In this document: one piece after another, positions 28,407-37,533 of the stretch
Numbering within the stretch: position 1 is the first letter of the stretch
How the letters are laid out: each line of letters begins with the position of its first letter
Assembly (NCBI GenBank): GCA_030834185.1
Contig: JAURFT010000002.1
Location: forward strand, 5,089-69,088
DNA from: Candidatus Nanopelagicales bacterium
Lineage (GTDB): Bacteria > Actinomycetota > Actinomycetes > S36-B12 > UBA5976
Length of the DNA: 64,000 nt
Direction of reading: 5' to 3'
Position numbers and translations under genes: made by a program
Notes under the pieces: generated by a model
Database searches by the model: none
What the model saw: the letters and a program-made list of their open reading frames with translations, nothing else
Told to the model about the DNA's origin: nothing

Positions 28407-28438
28407 TGTAAGCCAGTGAAAGTGTAAGCCAGTGAAAG
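28407..28438. repeat. perfect 16-bp tandem duplication (tgtaagccagtgaaag x2)
   Basis: Read directly from the sequence, inside the 425-bp leader of the ABC operon. Confidence 0.95.
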
Positions 28439-28648
28439 CAAAAAGTGTGACCACACCAGCGAAGGATTTATTAAAGGCCCCACCTTGAATTTGCCATTTA
28501 TTAGGGGACCCAACGTGGTTTAGGACTTTCAGCGCGACGACCCCGTGCGGCTGGGCTTTTGCAACTCTATTGCATCTTGCTGGGGCAAGGCGCTTGTGCT
28601 AGGTTTATTTAATCCCGTACGGGGTAACCTTCTAGAGGAGTTAAATCA

Positions 28649-29920
28649 ATGGTTAAAAAATTCCTAGCAGCATTCTTTGTTTCTGCGCTAGCCCTAACTT
28701 TGGGTCCGATTGCCCCTTCATCAGCAAAAGAGAAAGAAATTACTTTAGCTCTGTGGGATGAAGTTCAAAAGCCAATTATCCAACAATCGATTGACAAATT
28801 TAACAAAAAGTTTAAAGGAAAGTACAAGGCATCAATTGCCCAAACTCCTTGGGGAGAATTTTGGACCAAACTTGATGCAACAATGCCAACTCGTAGCACC
28901 CCAGATGTAACTTGGATGAATGTATTTTTACCTAAGTACGCAAACGGAAAAGTGCTAGAGCCACTAGGCCCGTACATTAAAAAAGATAAAAAGTTGAAGA
29001 TGAATCAGTATGTTCCTGGTCGTGTAGCAGCATTTAATTACAATAATGAACAGTGGGCGCTGCCAAAGGGCATGGACGCTGTGTTTGTTGCTTACAACAA
29101 AGAGATTTTTGACAAATACAAAGTTTCTTATCCAAGAGCAAATTGGGACCGAAAGAGCCTGCAGGCCATCACCAAGCTGCTTCGCACCAAAATGGATGCA
29201 GCTGGTGCAACATCAGAATATCCACTAGCAATGGAACTCGACCTTCAGCCTTCCACGGCTAACTTCCTAGCTCAAGATGGTGCAGACTTTGTGACTCTGG
29301 ATAAGAAGAAAACTCTTGCAGGCACTCCTACCGGAATTGCCACCTTCCAGTATGTTGTTGACTTAATGGACTCAAGAAGAATGGCACCATACACAGTATT
29401 GTCTGAAACTAAAGCATCTGACTTATTCATATCTGGCAAAGCCGCGATTATTTTTGTTGGATCATGGAAAGCTAAAATTTTGGAAAATTCCAGTCTGGGT
29501 AAAGCCAAAAAAATTGGCCTAGTTCAGCAGCCAAAAGGCAAAATCCATAACTACAGCGTTGCTGGTGGTTTGGGTTATGCAATGGCAAAGAACTCCCAAA
29601 ATAAAGCTGGAGCGTGGGAATTGATTAAATACCTAACTGGCCGTCAGTCCATGACTAACGAGGCTCTAAACGGTATTGAGTTCCCAGCGCGACCAGACGC
29701 TCAACGTGCTTACGCTCGTGGATTCGAGAATATAGATCCACAAGTGATTTTGGCTGCAACAAGAACTGCAGTTCCTTACCCTCACAATGGCAACCCAGCT
29801 TCTTTGTTGCCGCTGCAAAATGCCATCGCACTTGCATATTCGGGTAAAGCTCCAGTTGCTGAAACCATTAGAGCGGGTGCGGCAGCTACCCAAAAACTTA
29901 TTGACGAGCTCAATAAGTAG
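28649..29920 (+). CDS. ABC transporter extracellular solute-binding protein (family 1, carbohydrate type)
   Basis: It has a signal peptide (MVKKFLAAFFVSALALTLGPIAPSSA) with no lipobox cysteine, a strong RBS (AGAGGAG), and two MalF/MalG-type permease genes downstream. Confidence 0.88.
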   Translation: MVKKFLAAFFVSALALTLGPIAPSSAKEKEITLALWDEVQKPIIQQSIDKFNKKFKGKYKASIAQTPWGEFWTKLDATMPTRSTPDVTWMNVFLPKYANGKVLEPLGPYIKKDKKLKMNQYVPGRVAAFNYNNEQWALPKGMDAVFVAYNKEIFDKYKVSYPRANWDRKSLQAITKLLRTKMDAAGATSEYPLAMELDLQPSTANFLAQDGADFVTLDKKKTLAGTPTGIATFQYVVDLMDSRRMAPYTVLSETKASDLFISGKAAIIFVGSWKAKILENSSLGKAKKIGLVQQPKGKIHNYSVAGGLGYAMAKNSQNKAGAWELIKYLTGRQSMTNEALNGIEFPARPDAQRAYARGFENIDPQVILAATRTAVPYPHNGNPASLLPLQNAIALAYSGKAPVAETIRAGAAATQKLIDELNK

Positions 29921-29944
29921 TAGCCATACGCTCTAAGCTTTGCA

Positions 29945-29986
29945 AAGAAGTGGGTAATTCCCTAATATGAGAGTTACCCACTTCTT
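29945..29986 (+). other. intercistronic stem-loop between the binding-protein and permease genes
   Basis: 13-bp stem aagaagtgggtaa / ttacccacttctt with a 16-nt loop, followed by gtgttt. Confidence 0.7.
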
Positions 29987-30006
29987 GTGTTTAAATTGAA
30001 AGGACT

Positions 30007-30888
30007 GTGGTGAATAAACACCGCGAAGCACTCACGGGGTATCTTTTCATCGCACCGCTCTTTCTTGGCTTGGCCGTCCTGTTCCTTTATGCATTTGGGC
30101 AAAATATATTTCTTAGCTTTAATGATGTAGGTGTTTTTGGAGAACGCACTTTTGTTGGACTGGAAAACTTTAGAGAATTACTCCAAGATCCAGTTTTTAA
30201 ACGTGCGCTTGGAAACACTTTTTTCTATACCGGTCTTGGTGTACCTCTGATAGTGTCCATTTCAATTTGTTTGGCTTGGCTTCTTAACCAGAAAATTAAA
30301 GGCCAGGTCTTTTATCGAACGGCTATATTTATCCCAGCAATTACGTTACCAGCAGCCATTGGACTGCTTTGGCGCTGGCTGTATAACTCTCAATACGGTC
30401 TTATTAATTTTCTGCTAGCAAAAGTTGGAATAGAACCAAGAGCCTGGATCAGCGACCCAGATATCGTAAGATGGTCAATATTAATTGTCCTAGTTTGGGC
30501 ATCAGTTAGTTACATGGTTATTATCTTGCTGGCAGGTTTGCAGAGAATTTCGAGTGTGTACTACGACGCAGCTCAAATTGATGGCGCAAATACTCGACAA
30601 ATCTTTTTTAAAATCACTTTACCTTTACTAAGTCCTACTATTTTCTTCGTAACTATTGTTTCGATGATCGGTACTTTGCAAATATTTGACCTGATATTTT
30701 TGATGATTCGCGCTGACACCGTTGCCTACCAATATGCAAATTCACTAGTGACTTATTTTTATGAAGCAGCTTTTGGTCTAAATCTGAGGGGGTATGGTGC
30801 AGCAATCTCAGTGGTTTCGTTAATCCTGATTTTCCTTATTACTTATGTTCAATTTAGACTGCAAAAACGATGGGTCCACTATGACTAA
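30007..30888 (+). CDS. carbohydrate ABC transporter permease (MalF/UgpA-like)
   Basis: It has six TM segments and an EAA loop (YDAAQIDGANTRQIFFKITLPLL). GTG start after AAAGGA. Confidence 0.88.
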   Translation: MVNKHREALTGYLFIAPLFLGLAVLFLYAFGQNIFLSFNDVGVFGERTFVGLENFRELLQDPVFKRALGNTFFYTGLGVPLIVSISICLAWLLNQKIKGQVFYRTAIFIPAITLPAAIGLLWRWLYNSQYGLINFLLAKVGIEPRAWISDPDIVRWSILIVLVWASVSYMVIILLAGLQRISSVYYDAAQIDGANTRQIFFKITLPLLSPTIFFVTIVSMIGTLQIFDLIFLMIRADTVAYQYANSLVTYFYEAAFGLNLRGYGAAISVVSLILIFLITYVQFRLQKRWVHYD

Positions 30889-30894
30889 GAAGGC

Positions 30895-31722
30895 ATGTCT
30901 ATGACGAAATTAAAAAAGTACTGGATTCACGTCACATTAGTGCTTATTTCAATCATCTTTGTTGGGCCATTTCTCTGGATGTTTCTCACCTCATTAAAGA
31001 CTTATGAAGAGACTATTCAAGTTCCGATGATTTGGCTTCCTGACGAAATTCAGTGGGTAAATTATCAAATTGTGAATGAAAAGTTTCCATTTCTGACTTT
31101 GTATTTTAATACTGTGGTAGTTGTTATAGCTACAGTGTTCTTGCAACTCTTAATCGCATCGCTAGCCGCATTTGCTTTTGCACGATTGGCTTTTCCGGGC
31201 AAGAATCTGCTGTTCTTGACATTTCTAGGTTTATTGATGGTGCCAGGTCAAATCTTCTTAATTCCACATTTTCAAATCATCGGAGTGCAGTTAAATTTAA
31301 TTGACACCCTAACTGCTCTAGTTATTCCCAATATTTTTAGCGTCTTTGGGGTATTTTTATTGCGTCAGTTCTTTGCAGCCATTCCCCAAGAACTTGAAGA
31401 TGCAGCCAAAATAGATGGATGCAGTAGCCTGCGAATTTACTGGCAGATCATGATGCCACTAGTTACTCCAGGGTTAGTTGCATTGGGCATTTTGACCATG
31501 ATTAATAGTTGGAAAGAGTTGCTCTGGCCGCTAATCGTAAATCAATCTATCGAAAAGATGACTCTTTCAGCGGGGCTTGCAAACTTAATTGGCGAACACA
31601 CCACCTATCACGAACAGGTGATGGCGGGGGCGGTAATCTCGGTATTGCCAATGGTTATAATTTTTGCCTTTTTCCAAAGGAAATTTGTTGAAAGTATTGC
31701 TCAAACAGGCATTAAAGGGTAG
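30895..31722 (+). CDS. carbohydrate ABC transporter permease (MalG/UgpE-like)
   Basis: It has the EAA loop LEDAAKIDGCSSLRIYWQIMMPL. Confidence 0.88.
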   Translation: MSMTKLKKYWIHVTLVLISIIFVGPFLWMFLTSLKTYEETIQVPMIWLPDEIQWVNYQIVNEKFPFLTLYFNTVVVVIATVFLQLLIASLAAFAFARLAFPGKNLLFLTFLGLLMVPGQIFLIPHFQIIGVQLNLIDTLTALVIPNIFSVFGVFLLRQFFAAIPQELEDAAKIDGCSSLRIYWQIMMPLVTPGLVALGILTMINSWKELLWPLIVNQSIEKMTLSAGLANLIGEHTTYHEQVMAGAVISVLPMVIIFAFFQRKFVESIAQTGIKG

Positions 31723-31778
31723 TGGGATTCATCCAAATTAATGTTAACTAAATCCAAAACAACAGATAGGAATCATGC

Positions 31779-32489
31779 ATGCGCAAGCTGAAAGTTGCAG
31801 CCTTTTACCCGCATCCAGATGATATGGAAGCACAAGTAGCGGGCACTCTTTTGAAGTATGTTGAGCAAGGGCATGAAGTGCATGTTGTAATCGCTATGGA
31901 TGGGCGGCGAGGTAGAGGTATCCTTCCTGATCAAGTTTCATGGCCAGAGATTGTTGAACTACGCAAAAAAGAGGCTATTGCTGGAAGCAAGTACCTAAAC
32001 GTTACTCCAACTTTTCTAGGCATCGAGGATCATCGATTAGTTGAAGATAGGTCTTGTTACGAGATTGTTATTACTGAGATGGAAAATCTCAATCCAGATA
32101 TTATTTTTACTTGTGCTCCAAATGATTATCACAATGATCATCGCGCTTTGTCCAGACTGGTTTTGAATGTTGCCTGGACTCCTGTTTTTTTCTCTGACAC
32201 CAAGGCGGGTGTTGACTTTAATCCAGATTTTTATGTAAACATAACTCAGCAGATGCCAACCAAACTAAAAATGCTTGGAGAGCACTCATCGCAACTGCAG
32301 GAACAATCTGCGGAAGCACTTCAGGTCCTAAATAGGTTTAGGGGAATTCAGTGCAGTAAATCTGAAATTATCTATGCAGAAGCATTCAAACTATATAAAA
32401 GAGCAAATTGGGTAAAAGCTTATGAGTTACTTCCTGACGATGACTTTAATCCTCCAGTGCAGATCGTTCCAACCCTGGAAAAGAATTAG
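31779..32489 (+). CDS. PIG-L/LmbE-family N-acetylglucosaminyl deacetylase
   Basis: It has the zinc-site motifs PHPDDME and HNDHRA. Confidence 0.82.
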   Translation: MRKLKVAAFYPHPDDMEAQVAGTLLKYVEQGHEVHVVIAMDGRRGRGILPDQVSWPEIVELRKKEAIAGSKYLNVTPTFLGIEDHRLVEDRSCYEIVITEMENLNPDIIFTCAPNDYHNDHRALSRLVLNVAWTPVFFSDTKAGVDFNPDFYVNITQQMPTKLKMLGEHSSQLQEQSAEALQVLNRFRGIQCSKSEIIYAEAFKLYKRANWVKAYELLPDDDFNPPVQIVPTLEKN

Positions 32490-32491
32490 CC

Positions 32492-33883
32492 TTGATTCGC
32501 CAAGCTAAATTATGCGTTGTAGGTGGGGGAGGTGTTAGAACTCCATTCGTGGCTAAAACTGTTGCAACAAATGCAGCAAAAGCAGGCATTAAGCAGCTGG
32601 TATTGCAGGATAATGATGAATTCAAATTAAACAAATACGGAATACTGGCCAAGGAAATTGCAAGACGAATTGATCCAGATTTACAGGTTATTTTGGAAAC
32701 AAGCCCAGAGATTGCATTAAAGGACTGTGACTACATCATCTCATCTATTCGAGTTGGAGGTGATGTTTCTAGAAAAACAGATCAGCAGATTGTTGAGAAA
32801 TATAATCTTTTAGCACAAGAGACAACTGGTGCTTGTGGTTTTGCAATGGCAATGAGATCTATACCGACATTAATTGAGTACTGCGAAATAGCAAAAAAAG
32901 TATCAAAACCTGATCACATAATTTTCAACTTTACCAATCCAGCAGGATTAGTCACACAGGCACTTAATAGGCTTGGTTTTCCAGTCTACGGAATATGTGA
33001 TTCGCCAACAGAGTTAATCAAGCAACTTGCAGCAATGCTAGACGTTGAAGAAATGAGATTTGGGTGCAATAGTTTTGGCCTGAATCACCTTACTTGGTTT
33101 AATCAATTCACTATTGACGGTAAGCCAGTTGATGATACTGTGGTTAATCACCCTGAGCTTTTTAATAAGACAGAAATGCGTATCTTTGATCAAGATATTT
33201 TAACTATTTCCGATAATCATTTACTAAATGAATACTTATACTTTTATTACTACAGCCAAAAAACTATGAGATTAAGTAATAAGAGTGACCTTTCAAGAGC
33301 AGAATTAATTGAAAAAGTAAATGAAAAAATGAATTTAGAATTAGATGCTATAAATGTTAGTGAAGATTTTGATACTGCAATTCGAATATATTTTGATAAT
33401 TACAATGTCCGAGAAAACAGTTATTTGCAAAATGAATCTGGAGTTCCTAGGGTAAAAACTTATACAACTCCAACAGCAGCAGAATTCATACAGAAGAAAG
33501 ATGAGGGTGGCTACTCTGGAGTTGCGCTCAGATTTATAACTGCATTGGTATCTGATCACGAAACGAACATGGTTCTATCCGTTCCTAATAATGGGGCGAT
33601 AGCTGAACTAGAGAACGATGATGTGATTGAAGTTATGTGCAAGATTGCAGGCGGAAAAGTGATACCGAATATTCAAAGCGAGATACCAACAAGCATTATG
33701 AATTTGATTCAAACTGTTAAAGAATATGAAAGATTGGCAGTGCAGGCAATTTTAGAATCAAATACGAATTTAGCCATCAAGGCACTAACAATTAACCCCT
33801 TGGTGGCCAATCACGATATTGCGAAGAGTCTTGTTGAGGAATTTATATCTGCCTATGGTTCTTATGGAAGCGAGTGGAGATGA
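32492..33883 (+). CDS. glycoside hydrolase family 4 (NAD+/Mn2+-dependent glycosidase)
   Basis: It has an N-terminal Rossmann VVGGGGVRTP and the GH4 Cys/His metal-site motifs GICDSP and GLNHLTW. The length is typical. TTG start. Confidence 0.82.
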   Translation: MIRQAKLCVVGGGGVRTPFVAKTVATNAAKAGIKQLVLQDNDEFKLNKYGILAKEIARRIDPDLQVILETSPEIALKDCDYIISSIRVGGDVSRKTDQQIVEKYNLLAQETTGACGFAMAMRSIPTLIEYCEIAKKVSKPDHIIFNFTNPAGLVTQALNRLGFPVYGICDSPTELIKQLAAMLDVEEMRFGCNSFGLNHLTWFNQFTIDGKPVDDTVVNHPELFNKTEMRIFDQDILTISDNHLLNEYLYFYYYSQKTMRLSNKSDLSRAELIEKVNEKMNLELDAINVSEDFDTAIRIYFDNYNVRENSYLQNESGVPRVKTYTTPTAAEFIQKKDEGGYSGVALRFITALVSDHETNMVLSVPNNGAIAELENDDVIEVMCKIAGGKVIPNIQSEIPTSIMNLIQTVKEYERLAVQAILESNTNLAIKALTINPLVANHDIAKSLVEEFISAYGSYGSEWR

Positions 33884-34836
33884 ACTACTTTGCTGCGGTG
33901 ATTGGTCAGATGAATATTGATTTTATTTTTCAAGGTGTGGAAACATTGCCAGAACCTGGCGAAGAAGTATTAGCAAGTAATTTTAAGATTTGCCTAGGTG
34001 GTGGACCTATGGTGATTCCCTACCACTTATCTCGATTGGGTGTACCAACAAGGTTTGGTACTTTCATGGGCGATGACTTTGAATCAAAAATGGCTAGTGA
34101 TCTTTTGAAGAGCATAAATTATGAAAATGTAGAAGTGCTTTCATCAGAAGCGAATAGACCAGTAGTGGCAACCAGCGTATTATCAACAAAATATGAACGT
34201 TCTTTTATCTGTTATAACAGCAACGTGGACGAAAGCTCTATTGATCCTAAAGTTTTATCAAAATTTTTTAAGGGAAGCAAAGTTGCCTATTTCCCTAAAA
34301 ATATCGAGATTGCGCAAGAGTTAGATCAAGATGGATGTCAATTAATTTTAGATCTTGCCTGGGATAACGAGATGAAGCTATCAGACTTTGTTGAACGCCT
34401 CAAATATGTCACTTACTTCACGCCAAACGATAAAGAGGCAAAGAAGCTTTGTGGGGAAACTGATTTATTAAAATGTCTTGACATCTTGGGTGAATATATT
34501 GCTACCCCTTTTATTAAACTTGGGATGAATGGTGTAATCGCAAAGCTTGATGGTCAATATATAAGAGTTCCTGGATTAGATGTTTTCAACTCAATCGACC
34601 CAACAGGTGCAGGTGATAACTTTTTAGTTGGCCTTATTTATGGTATCTATTTGAAAATGAGTTTTCTCGATTCCCTGAAAATAGCTAACATAGTGGGGGG
34701 ATTGTCGACAGAGGTAATTGGATGTTATCGCTCTGAACTCTCTCCAGAACTCGTTATGTCCTTTTTTGATAATTATCCTGAACCAAATCAAGTTTCTACT
34801 AGTGCTGAACTAGATACGCTTCTTGTAAGAGAGTGA
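33874..34836 (+). CDS. PfkB-family carbohydrate kinase
   Basis: It has the DPTGAGDNF anion-hole motif near the C-terminus. Its start overlaps the GH4 stop (GTG 33874 or ATG 33880). Confidence 0.82.
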   Translation: MEMNYFAAVIGQMNIDFIFQGVETLPEPGEEVLASNFKICLGGGPMVIPYHLSRLGVPTRFGTFMGDDFESKMASDLLKSINYENVEVLSSEANRPVVATSVLSTKYERSFICYNSNVDESSIDPKVLSKFFKGSKVAYFPKNIEIAQELDQDGCQLILDLAWDNEMKLSDFVERLKYVTYFTPNDKEAKKLCGETDLLKCLDILGEYIATPFIKLGMNGVIAKLDGQYIRVPGLDVFNSIDPTGAGDNFLVGLIYGIYLKMSFLDSLKIANIVGGLSTEVIGCYRSELSPELVMSFFDNYPEPNQVSTSAELDTLLVRE

Positions 34837-34839
34837 TCC

Positions 34840-35424
34840 ATGGCTAATTCCTATTTGACTGGGAAAAATATCCTGTTGCGTCACCTAGAGGTAGCCGATG
34901 CAGCCAGTTTATTCAAATATCTTGATAATGATGCTGTCTGGAAATGGCTAAGGCATGCACAGCCAGCAACAGAAAACCAAATGATCAGTTTAATTCAAGA
35001 AATCTTGCAAGAAGTTAGCGATGGCTATCGAGAAGCTTTTGCAATCTTTTCAAAGAGTGAGAATGAAGTTATTGGTACAACTTCTTTCTTTGGTAATCAA
35101 GTCAGTCCACTTACAATAGAAATCGGCGGCACATTTATTAGTCAATCTTTTTGGCGAACAGGAATAAATCGCGAAGCAAAATTGTTATTGATGGAAGAAG
35201 CATTTGAAACTAGAGAATTTAAACAAGTAATTTTCAAAACAGATTCACTGAATTCTCGCTCAATCCAAGCAATTATTGACTTGGGTGCCACTTATGAATT
35301 TACCCGTTTTAATCACATGCAAAGGCCTGATGGTTCCTGGCGTGATTCCAATTACTATTCGATTGCTAAACAAGATTGGGATAATGTAAAGAACTTTCTA
35401 ATTAAATCAACTAATCAGTCATAA
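34840..35424 (+). CDS. GNAT-family N-acetyltransferase (RimJ/RimL-like)
   Basis: It is 194 aa with RimJ/RimL-like sequence character, and starts 3 nt after the kinase stop. Confidence 0.75.
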   Translation: MANSYLTGKNILLRHLEVADAASLFKYLDNDAVWKWLRHAQPATENQMISLIQEILQEVSDGYREAFAIFSKSENEVIGTTSFFGNQVSPLTIEIGGTFISQSFWRTGINREAKLLLMEEAFETREFKQVIFKTDSLNSRSIQAIIDLGATYEFTRFNHMQRPDGSWRDSNYYSIAKQDWDNVKNFLIKSTNQS

Positions 35425-35773
35425 CACGTGTTCGTTATTGAAACTTAGTAAAAGATATTGAAGCTTCAACTACTTTAAATATCCCCTTTTCAAAGTACAA
35501 AATCTTTGTTTCATACCTTCTTGGTGCATTCCGATACTGCATGTGGGAATGTAAGCCAAGGTAAGCGCCAAACGTGCCTCAGATAAACAAATTTCTATAA
35601 TTTAAAAAATCAATTTTGCAAAAATACATTGTTTAGGCCGGAAAAAATTAGTAGGCTTCATGGGGTTAAAACGTTTTATATATTTTAACAAGAGAGCGGC
35701 AACATTATTCTCAAGAAGATTTATTTTGATACCTTAGCTTTTGATTTTTGATCAAATAGGGAGTGCGGTAAAT

Positions 35774-36919
35774 TTGAGCAATATTCAGAGTTTGCTTTTA
35801 ACTGAGCTACAGAAAAAAAGTAGCACGAAATGGCGTAAATATGATCAACATATTTTGCCTATGCACATAGCTGAAATGGACTTTGATATCGCCTCGGAGA
35901 TTAAAGCTGAGATAGTTGACAGAGTGCAAAGGGGTGACCTGGGCTATTTAGGGCCTATCCCAGAGCTTGGGGATGCAGTTAGCAAATTTGCTCTTAACCG
36001 GTGGGGATGGAATCTGGACCCAAACCTTGTTACGCCTGCAGTTGATGTTGGAGTTGCCACTATTGAGGTAATTAGAGTACTTGCAAATTCAGGTGACCAG
36101 GTTTTGATCAATTCTCCTGCTTATTCCAATTTTTTTAATTGGTTAGATGAATTGAAGATGCAATTGGTTGATGTTCCCATGCTTCAGTCTGCACAGGGAT
36201 GGGAATTAGATTTAGTGGGCATCGAAGACGCATTCAAATCTGGGATTAAGATTTTTTTACTTTGTAATCCACAAAATCCAGTAGGTCATGTCCATGCCGA
36301 AAACGAACTCAGGGCAGTTGCTGAACTTGCAAATAAGTATCAGGTTTTTGTAATTAGTGATGAAATTCATGCTCCACTAACTTATTCAGATATCAGCTTT
36401 ACGCCTTACCTAAAAATTCCTGAAGCATCAGAAACAGGTTATGCGATTACTTCAGCTAGTAAGGCTTGGAATATATCTGGGCTAAAAGCTGCTGTCATTG
36501 TTTCGGGATCAGAAAAAGCTGCAAATCGCATTGCCGCTTTACCTAAAGCTGTGCACATGAGGACATCAATTGTTGGAGCATTCGCCATGATTGCAGCAAT
36601 GAATTTCGCGACAGCATGGCTAGATGAAACTCTAGATATTTTGAATCATCGAAGATTTTTTTTACAAGAATTGCTTTTAGATTTAGCCCCCGGGATTCAG
36701 TACAAAATTCCTTCAGCTGGCTACCTGGCCTGGCTTGATTTATCAAGCTTTGGGGAAAATGATAACTGGCATGATCATTTTGTGAATGAAGGGAAAGTTT
36801 CTATTGTTCCAGGGCAAGAATTTGGACATCAATATAAAAATTTCGTTCGGTTAAATTTTGCCACTTACCCTGAAATTCTTGAAGAAGGAGTTCGACGAAT
36901 TTCAAAAGCGCTGAGATAG
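35774..36919 (+). CDS. PatB/MalY-type PLP-dependent C-S lyase / aminotransferase (island copy)
   Basis: It has the PLP-lysine motif SASKAWNISGLK and, by eye, aligns with the second copy at 55596..56741 over its whole length. I suggest TTG 35774, which follows AGGGAG. The track start is TTG 35741. Confidence 0.8.
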   Translation: MSNIQSLLLTELQKKSSTKWRKYDQHILPMHIAEMDFDIASEIKAEIVDRVQRGDLGYLGPIPELGDAVSKFALNRWGWNLDPNLVTPAVDVGVATIEVIRVLANSGDQVLINSPAYSNFFNWLDELKMQLVDVPMLQSAQGWELDLVGIEDAFKSGIKIFLLCNPQNPVGHVHAENELRAVAELANKYQVFVISDEIHAPLTYSDISFTPYLKIPEASETGYAITSASKAWNISGLKAAVIVSGSEKAANRIAALPKAVHMRTSIVGAFAMIAAMNFATAWLDETLDILNHRRFFLQELLLDLAPGIQYKIPSAGYLAWLDLSSFGENDNWHDHFVNEGKVSIVPGQEFGHQYKNFVRLNFATYPEILEEGVRRISKALR

Positions 36920-37160
36920 AGTTTCATGAACTGTTGGGCTTTGAAATATTGCTGTTATGAACTGAGTTAATAATTGATTATTAATAGTAGAAGAAACTAG
37001 GTGTTTATAAACTAGTAAATGAAGCAGAATATCTTTCATCTCTGAACTAGCTTGATATAAGGGGTCAGCATCCAGCCTAAATGTTATGGTGAATTTCCTT
37101 ATCCGCTGACAATTAACCAACCTAAAGGTGATGATTATTCAGGTGTCGTATCCTTGCCCA

Positions 37161-37523
37161 GGAGAGTCGCCCAGATAGTCGCGATAAGCCATGCAAATGG
37201 CTTATCGAGGAAAGTCCGGACTCCAAAGAGCAGGGTGATGGCTAACGGCCACCCGGGGCAACCCGCGGGACAGTGCCACAGAAAACAAACCGCCTAGCAA
37301 TAGGTAAGGGTGAAACGGTGAGGTAAGAGCTCACCAGTGAGTTAGGTGACTAACTCAGCTAGGTAAACCCCACCCGGAGCAAGACCAAAATCAACGCAAG
37401 TTGATTCGTGAATTATGAAGCTGCTCGCTGAGTTCACGGGTAGGTCGCACCGAGGTAGTTAGTAATAACTACCCCAGATGGATGATTATCTTTAACAGAA
37501 TCCGGCTTATAGGGCGACTCTTC
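37161..37523 (+). ncRNA. rnpB: RNase P RNA, bacterial class A
   Basis: It has the universal elements GAGGAAAGTCCGG, ACAGAAAACAAACCGCC, GGTAAGGGTGAAA, GGTAAACCCCACCCGGAGCAAG and ACAGAATCCGGCTTAT. The P1 stem pairs ggagagtcgccc (37161..) with gggcgactcttc (..37523). Confidence 0.95.
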
Positions 37524-37533
37524 TTAAATTACA

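Noticed and set aside
28407-28438. A CRISPR array or minisatellite.
   Set aside because: There are only two adjacent copies of a 16-mer, with no spacers, and no cas genes anywhere in the window.
36902-37120. A 72-aa minus-strand ORF between the island patB copy and rnpB.
   Set aside because: It overlaps the patB stop, sits in AT-rich spacer where random ORFs are common, and has no RBS or recognisable family.
28224-37160. Calling the AT-rich block a mobile element or integrative island.
   Set aside because: It has no integrase, transposase, conjugation or phage genes and no tRNA or tmRNA target. The only repeat evidence is a 10-mer. I report it as a compositional and synteny anomaly only.
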